A stretch of 64,000 nt of DNA, taken from contig JYFJ02001343.1 of assembly GCA_000934665.2 (NCBI GenBank), positions 1 to 64,000 on the forward strand, read 5' to 3'. Of the stretch, positions 1-12,344 are shown one piece after another (within the stretch, counting starts at the first letter, position 1; the number at the start of each line of letters is the position of its first letter). The notes below the pieces were generated by a model. That model saw only the letters and a list, made by a program, of their open reading frames with translations. It did no database searches and was not told the origin of the DNA. Made by a program: the position numbers and the translations under genes. Source of the DNA: Catajapyx aquilonaris. Its lineage: Eukaryota.

Positions 1-588
1 AGGTTCGACTACGCCAGTAGAAAAGGCGCATGGCGTCTTACCATCTTCGACGAAACAAGATACAATCATTTCACTTCTTGGGGGAAGGTTTACAGGCGTA
101 CTCAGGGTAAGTTTAAGTTTACACGGGTAAGCGACAGGAGGAGAGTCTTGGGTAGGTGATTTACAGTACAGGGTGTCAGTATCTAAATCGATATGACACC
201 TTTGCTTCTTTAGGAAATCCATCCCTAATACTACATCCAGTACAGGGTGTTCAACTACCAGGAAAGAGATCTGGTAGAGTACATTTCCCATTTCCATGGG
301 GAGGAGAATTTTCCCTAGCGGGAAGCAACTCCTGCCATCTCCTACTCGTAGAACCACAGAAGAAGGTTCCAATGGCTTTTTGACTCCGTTGGGGAGTTCG
401 TTCCATACAGTTTTGCTTATGACTGACAGCATGGCACCTGTATCTACAAGGGATTGGTATTCCCGCTTGTAAATGCGAACGGGTGTGATAGTGGAAGCTA
501 TCACAGAAGGTTGGGGTTCTGGGAGCTCACCAATAGGCGAAGCAGAGACCGGAACACACCCCTTAGGGCCGGTCTTCAATAGTTTCCC
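1..588 (-). CDS. pol: Ty3/Gypsy pol, N-terminal part (aspartic protease), in the -1 frame relative to gag; continues beyond the window start
   Basis: Manual translation is stop-free from 588 to 1: ...VRIYKREYQSLVDTGAMLSVISK...VVLGMDFLKKQRCHIDL..., containing the retropepsin DTGA and LGMDFL motifs. Not in the ORF track. Confidence 0.92.
546..588 (-). promoter_or_regulatory. -1 programmed ribosomal frameshift signal (slippery G GGA AAC plus stem-loop)
   Basis: Heptamer GGGAAAC at 588-582 is in X XXY YYZ register with gag. After a 6-nt spacer, AGACCGG (575-569) pairs with CCGGTCT (552-546). pol is in the -1 frame. Confidence 0.85.
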
Positions 589-1433
589 GGTAATCCCGGT
601 TTAGTTTTTTCCCAGGCCTTTACCTCTTCTTCTAACTTCCAACAAAATTCCATGCTGTGTCCAGGCTTCTTGCAATAGTCGCAAACCAGCTTGTTTACGC
701 TATTCTTAGAGGAACTCGTAGGTTCATGTGGAAGGGGGGGTGTCCCCCGTCCGCGACCAGAGAACCTCCGTCCACCGCGACCACGCCCTCTCACAAAAGT
801 CTGAGAGCGCAAAGGGCTCGTAGTGGAGGTTTCTGAAGGAACTTGATGTCCGTACCCTCCAAATCCGTCATTAGGAGTGTAAAAGTCTACTGACTGTGGT
901 ACGGTTGTTTCAGCTCGCGAAAGGTTTCCCTTCCACTTGCGAATGCCTTCAGATAGCTTGGCTACCCTTAGAATGTCAGCTAAGGAAGACAAGTCTTGAG
1001 TCATGACCTGCTGCTGGGTCTCCATCGGTAAAGCTTCGAAGAGCTTTCCGCTTACTAATTGTGAGACCGTTTCGGGAGAGGCAGTAGGGTAAGACTTCGT
1101 AATTGCCTCTCTGAGGCGAAAGGTGAATGAGTCCCATCCCTCGGTAGGATCGAGAGCTAGCTGGGAGGCTTCACATTGTATCAAAACTTTTGGAGTTACC
1201 GGACTTAGGTACGTCTCCAACGATGTACAAGCAGTATCAAAATCTGCACGTTGAATTTCACTCAAGAGACGGTACGCCCGAAAAGCGGCGGTTCCCAAGA
1301 AGAATGGGAGGCGGGCCAAAAGCTTAGGTCCGTCCCATTCCATCACGGCTCCATACATGACGTATAACTCCTTCCATTCTTTGAAGGAAGTTAAACCGTC
1401 GAATTTGGCCATGGTTGGTATTCCAGAAGCCAT
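576..1433 (-). CDS. gag: Ty3/Gypsy gag (capsid-like region, RG-rich stretch, CCHC zinc knuckle)
   Basis: 285-aa ORF with CDYCKKPGHSMEFC (CX2CX4HX4C) near the C-terminus and an N-terminal KFDG...FKEW motif typical of retrotransposon gag; lies downstream of LTR and PBS. Confidence 0.92.
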   Translation of the reverse strand: MASGIPTMAKFDGLTSFKEWKELYVMYGAVMEWDGPKLLARLPFFLGTAAFRAYRLLSEIQRADFDTACTSLETYLSPVTPKVLIQCEASQLALDPTEGWDSFTFRLREAITKSYPTASPETVSQLVSGKLFEALPMETQQQVMTQDLSSLADILRVAKLSEGIRKWKGNLSRAETTVPQSVDFYTPNDGFGGYGHQVPSETSTTSPLRSQTFVRGRGRGGRRFSGRGRGTPPLPHEPTSSSKNSVNKLVCDYCKKPGHSMEFCWKLEEEVKAWEKTKPGLPGNY

Positions 1434-1724
1434 CCTGATCTGGTTGAAAGCAGATCGGAGTATTGATACAGATAACTACCCTCGTACGTGTTCCCTTGAG
1501 TATGCAAGAAATGCCATACTCACACCAGAGCACGTACGAAAACACTTCGTGTATACTGTGCTCGTATCCCGAACAGGGATTGTTCAGTGAATGCACTCGC
1601 AAGAGTATACGCAAACACAGAGAACGTAAGAGCACGATAACAATTGTCCGTAACCTTAAGAAGATAGGTATGGGTTCGTACTCGTACTGTCTGAACCTAT
1701 CCGTAACTCTCGAAGGAGAAACAG

Positions 1725-1742
1725 ATCCCACTTCTGACACCA
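1725..1742 (-). promoter_or_regulatory. Primer-binding site, tRNA-Leu type
   Basis: Minus strand reads TGGTGTCAGAAGTGGGAT, 8 nt inside the LTR end; this matches the tRNA-Leu-complementary PBS known from many Gypsy elements. Confidence 0.8.
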
Positions 1743-1750
1743 CGTTTATA

Positions 1751-2155
1751 TGTGACCCGAGCGGCTGGGTACATACTGAAGAAAAAGCAAGTGGGGTTTG
1801 TTCAAGCACAGTAAGTTTATTTGCAAGCAAAACTGAGTACGTGAGGATAGCAAGGTTAAGGAGGGAATTTAAGGTAACCAGAGAGGTAGCAAGGATAACC
1901 AGGTATGGGTAGGTAACCTCCGGAGAGGAGTGACTGTTGACCAGGATATTCTCCTGGCTACTAAGCCTCGAGGGTTGGTCGGCGGCTGGTTATATAGGTA
2001 GTGCCCCAATGCGAGGTGGGTATGGATGTTGGCAGGAGTCACGTGACAGGTATGCGGCACGTGGGAAGCCAAGTTGGAAAAGTACATGTACAGTGTGGTA
2101 CAAAATAACATCCGTTAAGTGGGGCATCATATGGGCACGATAAAATTCGGTCACA
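1751..2155 (-). mobile_element. 5' LTR of the Gypsy element (~405 bp)
   Basis: Bounded by TGTGACC...GGTCACA inverted termini (TG...CA). Minus strand has TATATAA near 1990-1996 and AATAAA near 1816-1821. PBS is adjacent. Confidence 0.8.
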
Positions 2156-2266
2156 GTATCATTACAAAACACCCAATATAGCCTACAGTAAAGCACTTCA
2201 TCGCTACTGTACTGTACAGTATTGTACAGGTTCGGAAGCTAAACATTGAAGTCACTTGCCTTTTAA

Positions 2267-2422
2267 CCCTGTAATGCCCCTTGGGTCATGTCTGGCACAC
2301 CATTTAGTGCAATTTGGCACACTTACAGAAAATATAAAAATTGCAAAAGTTGCAAAAATTGCACTAAATGGTGTGCCAGATATGACCCAGTGGGAATTAC
2401 TTAGATTAGTGGCATTACAGGG
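2267..2422. mobile_element. piggyBac-type MITE
   Basis: TTAA on both sides; TIR CCCTGTAATGCC...GGCATTACAGGG; internal inverted repeats. Confidence 0.8.
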
Positions 2423-2685
2423 TTAAAAGGGTTAGCCTTGTTGTTGTCATTGTGGCCCCAGTACTTATATCCCGAATGCTGTTTTTTTGTTATGAACTGA
2501 GGCGGCCGTATATTTTCTTTTATTTAAAAGTATAATATAGTGAATATTTCATATAGTTATTAGTTATTAGTGCTTTTTCTGCCAGTTTGATTCATGATTT
2601 TGTGTTTAAATGGTAACATAATTGACATTTTCCACTGAAATTTTGCAGTAAATTGATGGATAATTTCCCAAAACAGTGAGAATAC

Positions 2686-5023
2686 CTGGTAGTATATTTT
2701 TAACACAGCCTCTTCCTCACTACTGATGACCTCGGTGAAGGTGTTGACTGCGACAATTTCTGTATACTGGCACGGTTGAGGGCAGGTGCAATTTGCCTTG
2801 GATAGAGAGTTCAGTTTCATTAATCGGTCGTTGGCCCTCTGAGCTCTCTTGTGTTGTCCTGTCCCACGGCAGGCTGCGAAGCTCTCATTCATTTCTGTAG
2901 AAATAATCATATAATAATATGGTCGCACATTTTCATCCCATTTACAGTGGGTTTACGTCTTCGGGAACGGAAAGGGAAAATAACAATAAATAATTGGTGG
3001 GAGATATTTTGGGAGCAATTGACATAAGCTGATAAGGCAGTCAAGTATAATGTTACTTTTTAGTAACATACTTTGGATAAATGGCAGGCGGCATTCCACT
3101 AGTGAAGTCGTATACTTGGAGTAACACTCCAGTAAGCAGTGTGACCTGGAATATTCAGGATCTCTTCTGCACGGTTGGTATATTCTGTTTATAGACTTGT
3201 ACTAAAAACAACATTTAAGTATATTTATGCTGGGAAATATGACGAATATAATACGTTTTGTCTTAATTGTATTTACCACTGTAGCAGTGATTTCTGTGAA
3301 TTTTGCAACTCCTTTAGGAAGTGAGAGGCCCTTGACTGCAATATCCAAGGTTGGAATGTCCTTGGTGTTGTGGATGAGGTATATCCATCCCTCATTTTCC
3401 CTCTGAAGTTCTTTAACAGAGTCTTGCATTGTTATTGTAAAACTCTGGTGAATCCCGCTCACTTTCATTTGATGGCTTGCTGCAAGGTGTGGACAAGATT
3501 ATTTACTTGCAACATTCCTCTTTACATGTTCATAGGATAAAAATTGACTGACTCATGAAGTAGGTGAAACAAACTCCACGAGCTGTGAAGACAGACTCCC
3601 ATTTACCCACTTCGTTGCACATGTCGTTCCTGGCTCCGATCCGGCACTGTTATAAGATATTTTCAACATTACATAGTCAACTTAGAATCACTTCAATGGT
3701 ATAATGATTATTAATTATGTGATAATTTTTACATACCACTTCATGTATATGCTAAATTGGCATATGAAGTGGGAAGTATGTAAAACTTACTTCCTTGATT
3801 ATCTTGGATGCCCTGCTTTGAACCCTGCTCCACAGTTCTTCGACTTCCATTCCCTCGAAATCTGGCCGTTCCAACAATTGTTTTTCTTGTTCCTAAAGTT
3901 CAAATCCTAAAGTTCCTGAAGTTTTTAAAAGACGTGTACAGGGTGTTTCTCTGTCCGAAAAGGAAGGACGGGGAAAAGCTGGTGGTTTATTAACCTCTGG
4001 CGATGAAAACGGAGTTGGCGGCGTGCAAAAAGTCACAGGATAACCCAAACCACATGCCCAGTCTGTAATTCTAGTGCGTGCCATGGGTGACTAATCCATC
4101 AATACTTCTCTGCCCTTTCTTTTCGGATTGTCAACGTGGACATAGAAACACCACCCTGCATTGTACACATGAACTACAATAACTTTTGATTTCTTGTCCT
4201 GTAACTTGGCATTTTTGTCATGCAACAAGAACAAGTACCGGGTAATGAATGGATTATTATTAGCTAACATTTCTGCCTCTTGCATGATCTAAGAATAAAT
4301 TGATATGATCTTGACCACTACAATTTATCTATAAGTCTGGCCACACAGGGCATAATGGAAGCTTAAGCTCACTCTTATTTAAAAGACATGCGCAGTCTGC
4401 ACCATGTAAAACTATGCCCCCCCCCCCCCTTCAAATATTGCTGCTCTTCCTAGTTAGGACATGTCGTGTAATAAAGTTTTTTTCCCCTATCAGTACGCTA
4501 GTCAGCAATCGTTACTTCCGATGGGAGATGAAATGAATCCAAGTAACGAAACTAATGATGCGCCTACCCCCATTTCGTTCCACTGATTTCTTGCCATTTC
4601 GAGGGCTACATTATTTGGCCACTCCGCTTGGCATACGGTGACAACAGGAGCTGGAAGGCTTTCGTTGAATATTATTCCCGTCTCTATCCTGACGGGGAAG
4701 TTCGACCAGTGCCATATCCTGCGGGAAATCTGAAATCCAGTGGCGCAACAGGCCGCCAGGAGCAAGACCATCCAGCATATCCTTCGCAAGGGGTTGGCTT
4801 GGGAGTCGAAGACTGTTCGAAGTCCTGGGATGCGTAGCTGGCGGGCTATGAAGGTGGCCGTGTGTCCAGGCCTGTCCTTTCCTAAGGCTCTGGAGCCCAA
4901 GGCTCTTCCGTCGATGGGACGCAGGGGAATCTCCACCTGCTCTTGTTCCTCCCCTACGTCATCGTCAGGTGTCCACGCTACCCGTCCTGCAGGTTGCTTG
5001 TGCTTATTCCACTTCTTAACCAT
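2686..5023 (-). CDS. DEG/ENaC (pickpocket/ASIC-like) channel, copy A; six exons seen, terminal TM2 exon not found in window
   Basis: Exon 1 has RRICWMVLLL (TM1) and LPAPVVTVC. Later exons give EQEKQLLERPDF, GVCFTY, YSRSHCLLECY...CRLPF and CTCPQPC; GT-AG sites keep frame and are collinear with copy B. Confidence 0.85.
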
Positions 5024-5586
5024 TGCGATCTACTTCATGAACCCGGCTTATTGTTGAGGTGCCGTTTCCAAGGAAGAGCATGGCTAAACATAATAGCAAA
5101 GAAGCATGCAGAAACTATGAAATCTGCACATGCCTTCATCCTGTTTGGCAGGCAACGTGGTAACAGATTTGCAGTGACCTAACTGTCAGGATGAATTCCC
5201 ACTCTATTTTTTTATTAGAAAATGAGACACTTAATATGCCAGGAGAGAATATTACTGTAAATAAGTAATACCTACTGAAACACCTACTTTTTCTTGCAAT
5301 TGTAACAAAGGCGCTTTTAAAAAAATCAAGTAAGGTAAAGACGTAGTGTGCATAAATTATATTTTTTGGCGTACCCTGCAGTCTGCATCACATTTTGGGG
5401 CATGTCTATACATTCGGTGTAACATTTGTAAGAGGTTTCATTCATTTGCTAAATATCAGAGTACATCGGTGTCACACTAATCTGGCTTCAAATCTGTACT
5501 TTTTGTGTGGCTTCGATTTACGTCTCCTGCTGCAAATAAAAACACAAGTACAGTGTTTGTATATGTAACTTCCAGAGTACGAGTAC

Positions 5587-7646
5587 TTACTTCAGTGCCA
5601 GGAACATGCGTAGTTTGAATTTTATAAGAACTTCTGCTATTTCAAAGAATGTGAGCAACGACGCTCCGAGAATCAGTGATAAAATAGCTCCAATGTGCGC
5701 CAGAAGGCGGAACATAGAGTAGTGGAACACTTCTTCAATATATTCGTAATTGAGGTCCTGAAATAACGTACGTGTTACTGTACCAACTTCGAGTGCATAA
5801 TTTAAAATATAAAATACCTTATAATAGAGTTTTAAAACGGCCAGGTTTTCATCTTCCGAGTCTGTCCGAGGTTCTGTAAAAGAGTTGACTGCAACTACAC
5901 TTATATACTCGCACGGGGGGAGGCATGAGCAATTTGCTTTGTCCATGTAGTTGAGCTTTAATAGCCGGTCCAGTGCTCTCTGTGCTCTTTCGTGTTGAGC
6001 CATTCCTCGACACGATGGCATGTGATCAGTGACTTCTGTTTAGACAATGTGGAGAAAAAATGTCATTTACACGACGTTCCACTTGTGATTGGATTGAACA
6101 AATTGTTAATTGCGAATTGTGACATACTTTTGACAGATGGCAGCCGGCATTCAACTAGCGATACCATATATCTAGAGAAGCACTCATGCAGGCACTGTGA
6201 CTTTGAATAACCTGGGTTTTCTTCACAGGGTTGAGATGGCCGATTTGGTGCCTTGTGCTAGAATTAAACATATGGGACGACATTTTCAAGCGATATTTAT
6301 TTTCCGCTAATACACTTTTATTAGACTAGCCGAAAGCCTACAAGAAGAGGTGAAACAGTACCTTGGTAACATGAAGTTCTACCGACTTAGTCCATCCTCT
6401 TCGTAATACAAGGCCGTGAGTTTCAATATCCACAGCCGGAGTATCCTTGCGCCCATGAATCAAATATTTCCAACCATGGACACCTTCTCTCCGTAGTTCT
6501 TCGACACTAGCTTGCATCGTTAATGTTATACTTTGGTGCATCCCACTCACTTTCAGAACCTCAGCAGCTAATGTTTCAAGCCACAAATCGTGTCTGAGTG
6601 TGTTGAATACGACTTTACTGATGATTGTGTTATTCTAGGGATATTTTGCCATGCGGGGTAAAATAATTCTCGGCTTTTATTATTGTTAACATATACAATA
6701 CTGCCGTTCATTGCAATCATTCAAACCTTGAAAAGTCCGACGTTATACCGCATGTCAAAGTGCCCAATTTTTCTTGCACATAAATACTCACCTAAGTGGT
6801 AGGTGAAGCAGACCCCCAGCGCTGTCGCCACAGGATCCCACTTGCCCACCTCATGACACAAAGCGTTCTTTGCTCCTATAGTACACTGCATGAAAGTGTA
6901 AAAGATTTCCCAGAAGAATTCAAGACCCGATGCAATAAATACCTACCGATTTGATCATATCCATCACTCTGCTTTCTACTCTTTGCCACAGTTCTTCAAC
7001 CACCATTCCTTCAAAATCGGGTCGCTCCAGAAGCTGCTTCTCTTGTTCCTACAGCGAATTTAGTACGAATTACTGCCTAGCACAATTATTATTTTTTGCT
7101 TCTGTTTTGATGTATGACCTGGAGCTCGTTCCAGGCGTTCCTGGCCATATCTAAGGCCACCCCTGTCTTCCACTCTGCGGCGCACATGGTGAAGACTGGC
7201 GCGGGCAGGCTCTCGTTGAACTCTATCCCCATTTCGACCCGGACAGGCAGGGACGTGTAGTAATCTATCCTCTCGGCCATCTGTATCGCGGTGACCACGC
7301 AGCCCGCGGCCAGCAAGAGTGACCAGCATATTCGGCGGGCCGGGTGAGCCTGCGAGTCGAAGATGGTTCTGATTCCGGCCACGCCGATCTTTCCGGCTAG
7401 CTTGGAGGCCGAGTGGGACTTGTCTTTTGACTTGGACTTGGATCCCAGGCTCCTGCCATGCACTAGCCGAAGGGGTATCACTGTCTGGGACGTGTCCTCG
7501 GTCTGGTCGTCGGCGGGGGTCCATGCCACGTGCTCCGACTGCCGTGTCTTCTTCTTCGCCCATACGCTGGGTTTCCTCTCCTTTTTGCTCATCGCTCCCT
7601 CCAATAATTTGTTTTTGCCCCGTTTCCACGGTGATGGTGCTTCCAA
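5587..7646 (-). CDS. DEG/ENaC (pickpocket/ASIC-like) channel, copy B; complete, seven exons
   Basis: TM1 RRICWSLLL, PAPVFTMC, Cys-rich thumb (CLHEC...CRLP...CSCLPPC), TM2 with the GAS filter (ILGASLLTFFE). Exons splice in frame at canonical sites. Confidence 0.9.
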
Positions 7647-9848
7647 GGGTTTTCATCCATTTATTGTGATTTGATTTTATTTTTTGCATTTTTTTTCTCG
7701 ATTCATATAAAAACTCAAATCAGGTTTTTCCCACCTTGTTGTGAATAATTGTCTGAATAAATATACCAAACAATTGAGATCAAAAGAAACCCAGAATTTG
7801 AAGCTGTATCTGAAATTGGGCATCGGGTTGTTAGTTGAGATGTGTGTACAGTACTTGGCTTTATAAAGTCCATCCTCCCTCCTCTTCGTTCATTTTCTAC
7901 ATATAGAAGACCAGATCCATCGTGGATCCATCAAGCTTAAACTCTCGAGTGCATCAACATGAACAACTGGCTTAGGCCGCGCCTAAGATTTTTACAAGGA
8001 TATTTAGGTTCTTCCCTTATTTGCCCTTGCTAGGTTCATTGTTGCCAACAATGAATAACAAGGATATACTCGTACGTGGATCTGCAATGGTGCAATCTGC
8101 CCAATAATGCACAATCTGTACGCACTGAAGCACCAGACGCACAACACAAATGTACTCTTTTGAGGGTTGTCTTCACATTTGTGTCAGCATGAACGGACAC
8201 ACGCGTAGTTGTCGTTATTGTTGAACTTGTAGTTTGTCATGCTAGCAGCTAGGGACAAAATGCTCAGCCGTCTTACCGAGCTACTCTGCATCTATGGAGT
8301 ACTTTGTAATGAGTCTAGTTAGGGTACTGGTACAGTAAATAAACTGATATTATTTTATTTCAAGAAAAACGTTCATACATCTTATTGCAGGTAGTATGTT
8401 TATTCCTGCTCACAGTCCATTATGGTTTCCATCTGAGTCACATAATTTGTTATTGTAACATTTGACACCAACTTAAGTACCTCACACTCTCGCTCACACT
8501 TCATCACAGGAGTTGGGTGAGGCCACGTATTATTTATTCATGCGCATATACACAATATAATTATTATGAATCTGGGATTTTAAAAATTCACTAGCCCATT
8601 ACCCTGCATATTTATATTATATTTTTGAATAGTCAATATTTTCTCTTTGAAAAGTGGTGTATTACGAGAACTACAGTGTTAAATATTTAACCAAAACATC
8701 TTATGCTAGAGCACCTTTACGCACATAAAACAAGTAAATGAGTATAGGTATAGGCCTACTCATTTTGGGAGTTCCAAATGTGTGTCAACAAGACGGCATT
8801 TGACGTGAATCGCCCAGACCAACCACAGTGCATGCATTAATTTAATTGATACCATCATGTCAGTCATCTGCTTTCAGTGTTGACATAATTATTATCTGTG
8901 CACCGATGCCGAAACCATGTGAAAATGTCACAGCTCACGTATTTCTTCTGTTGCTGTTGTAACTACTATGTTTTCATACATTTATAAGGATATTTACCGG
9001 TAGATGATATTGAAGCATACTGGTCAATAGTGATAAAAGGTGCAATTTCATTTCCAAAAAATAAATAAATGAAAATGCCCTTTAAAAATCATTTTTACAT
9101 AAGAATAGGAAAATATGAAATAATTTTCTCATTACATATATTTGTTGTGTGCCCCGTATTCCTCAAGTTTCAATCTTATTTCTTTGCATGTTATCTGGTT
9201 TTCAGATGTTATATTAAGTCCAGAAATCAGCTGGGACATGAAATTGCAGGATTTTTTACTATTTACCCATACTCAACAATATTACCTATCTTCTCAGTGG
9301 AATAACAAAATGTACGTGCTACCACAGGACCTGGATATATTGTCATCACGCCCAATAAAACCTTTCCGCTTATCAATATACGTATTACACAATGTTGACC
9401 CAGAGAGATATATGAGTATACTCCAGGACTGTAGTTGGTCGATCGGCTTTGTTTGTGTAGGCTGCCCTCGAGACAAGAGACACAAAAACAATACTTACTA
9501 CATCAAATAAAGACACGACAAAATAATGTTTTTTCAATTGAATACAAGACAGTGTAAAGGTCAAGGGTGCTGTGAGCACAAGTTCGTGCATTTCGTAGAT
9601 GTCAATAGCAACTCAACGGTGCATAAAAAAGCTATACCCTGTTTTACTCTGAAAGATTCGGGCTCGTCATCTTTCTTATCAAAATAGTAATCAAAGAGTT
9701 TACTGTTGCCGAGGATTTACTCCCGCGTTCCTTGACATACATAAATAACATTAATACTGCCATTATCACCAAAGTTGTTTGAGATATATTTTAAAAACTT
9801 CTTCCAAAATAACTCTAATGCTAAACCTTTGTAATATTATTGTTAACT

Positions 9849-12344
9849 TTATACAGGTTGAGAGACTGGGCTGGGTGAAGAACCTAGAATCTCTAGAATG
9901 CGCCCAACTTGTTCACTCAATTTCTCCATACGGTCATCTATTAATTCTACCTTATTTTTAATGACTAGGACATCTTTTTGAACCTCTCCGTTTAGTTTTC
10001 TCATGTTGTCTTCCAGACTGTTTACGTCAGCTGTCAATTCCTTAAATTGCTCTGAAAACTTCTCATATTCCTCTTCCTCTTCAGTGTCTTTCAGAAATTG
10101 GAGTATGTCGTCCAAGAGATGCTCCGGGATACGGAAGAAGGTGGAGGACACTGCTCCAGTTACCAAGTTGAGAGTGACGCCTTCTTCTGGCATAGAAGGC
10201 AACACAAGTAGGTACTCCGGGATCTTGCGGAATAACTTAAAGACGGCACGGGTGACAATGTTGTCACACAAGCACGAGCAGCACCTGAAACACAGTTGAC
10301 ATTGTAGATTATTTAGTTGACCTTTCCTGAATAAGAAACTTACTTTGGAAGTTTCCTACTCATCATATCGACACTGGATGACGTCCAGAGAATCGACTCA
10401 ACGTAGCAAACAAGGTTGACGCAAGGCAGCAGGCCATGCAATTCAGCCTCGTCGGCAATCTTTTGGATGTCGCTGACTGCCAGGGCGTCCAGGAGGTTCA
10501 TCAGCACCAACATGATGAGGAATATGAACAAGATGACCAGTATGAATGTGGAGGGCAAGAGTGCTCCGTAAGGGAACTCTTGCAGGTCCATCTCCCCCAT
10601 CATCATCAGGGTTGTCTTGAGTCCAGCCATGGGAAAGAAGTTGTACAGCTTGTTGCAGTCGCCCACAGCTTTGTCATTACAGAAGTTGAAAGTGAGGTAG
10701 AAGCTGACCACAAATCCACACAGGATGAAGACGAAGGGGAAGAGGAATTTCAGATAGTTCTTTGACACTGTGGTGAACATGAATATGTACTGGGTAAATG
10801 ATGGGAATCGGCCAATCAGGAAAGCCAATTCAATCCATGTAAAGAGGGGCCAGAGGGTGGCACAGCTTCTCTTCACACTCAGAGGAACGTTATCCATGAA
10901 GACTGCAACGCTAGCCAATAGGATTATGCAAGCCTCCATGTAGTTCTCGACGTGAGTAAAGTAATGGTATCCGCTGCTTATAATTTGAAATCCTTCCCGG
11001 CTTATTAGCATGTATAAAAACACTTTGACGATCAGATGGAGAGTATCGTCCGGATCATGGTCGTCCACGTCTGTGTTAGTTGTATTGCTGTCGTTCTTAT
11101 CATGCCCAGGAACAAAGGATATTGCATACATCGACGAGCAAATGACGTAAGCGAAGTAAATTGCAAAATTTAAGCAAAATAGGGGTAGAATTCTCTTCCA
11201 CTTGAGGCAGATAAACGTGTGCAGTACAGGATGAGTGAGATTGTTCCTGTGCTTAGGCGACTTAATAAAAAATGACAGTCTCTTCCATTCGGGTTTATCG
11301 GGACTGGGATTAAGGATGTCATATTTGATTATAGCCGTGGGTTCCTCATTCTCCATCTTGTCTTCTAGATAAATACAAGAATTCAGGTAAGCTTCCAGAG
11401 TCTTTTTTGGGATGTCATCGATTGGGCGCTGCCCGCTTTGATCCTTGGTCCAAAGATCTGCCCCACAACTGATCAGCTCTACCGTGGTTTTGATTGATGC
11501 TTTTGACACGGCGTGATGCAACGGGGTTTTACCAGCAGTGTCTTTTGAGTTGACATCTGCACCACGCCAGAGCAACGCGACTACGTAATCAGGCAGTCTT
11601 CGAGTGGCAGCGTAGTGTATGCTGACTTTGCCCTGGCTACACCTGTGGTTTATATCCGCACCTCGCTCTAGTAGCAGTTCGAAAATCTCCATTTCCTTAT
11701 GTTCGATGGAATTCTGAAGGAGGACGAAGGCATTCAGAGTTATGTGTGACAGAGTAATGGTTTGGTGGTTACTCACCTGAAGAGCTGACCGACCTTCCCC
11801 GTCAAAGCCGCAATCTGGATGGAATCCCATATCAAGAATGAGTCGGACACATTCTAAATATCCTTCAGCCACTGATATCATTAATATTTTCCCCGCGTAC
11901 TCATTTTCTATCTTGGAAATATGATTTAGTAGAACCTGAAGGATCTCATTATAACCCCAATAGGCAGCGTGTTCTGCTGCAGTCCATTCCTTATCTTTGT
12001 CTTTGACCATGATGTCGGTCTCGGGAAATGCAAGCAATTTGTTGACATCATCTATGTTGTTATTTACAGTCGCTTCAATCAGAGGTTCTTCATCGTTGTC
12101 CTTCTTGACGGAAAGGTCATCTTCGCAGCATATCTGAGTTTCCAGCTGAAAATATTGTCGTTACATAAATTACTCGTAATTATTCATTCATTTGTAGATA
12201 TAAGAATAAGAAATATACTATTTAATAACTGTAGAAATTGTAGCACTGATCAGTCAGAGCAGGCTTCTGGTACAATTTAGTGCAGTAAGCTATATTCTGC
12301 TGGAATTCTGGAACAATATGTCAATGACGTACCGTACTGTTCAT
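9849..12344 (-). CDS. TRPA channel, painless-like, copy 1
   Basis: Ankyrin repeats, HPVLHTFICLKW pre-S1, six TM segments, pore MMMGEMD, S6/TRP-like MNLLDALAVSDIQKIADEAEL and a C-terminal coiled-coil exon (9849-10285). The first 12-nt exon (12333-12344, MNST) is tentative. Confidence 0.9.

Noticed and set aside
1324..1912. ORFs of 149-168 aa over the retrotransposon leader and LTR
   Set aside because: They span the PBS/LTR boundary, have no recognisable motif and look like chance open frames.
7060..7689. 209-aa ORF overlapping ENaC exon 1 in another frame (similar shadow ORFs at 21872-22465 and 26243-26689)
   Set aside because: Alternative-frame shadows of GC-rich coding exons; not conserved between paralogues.
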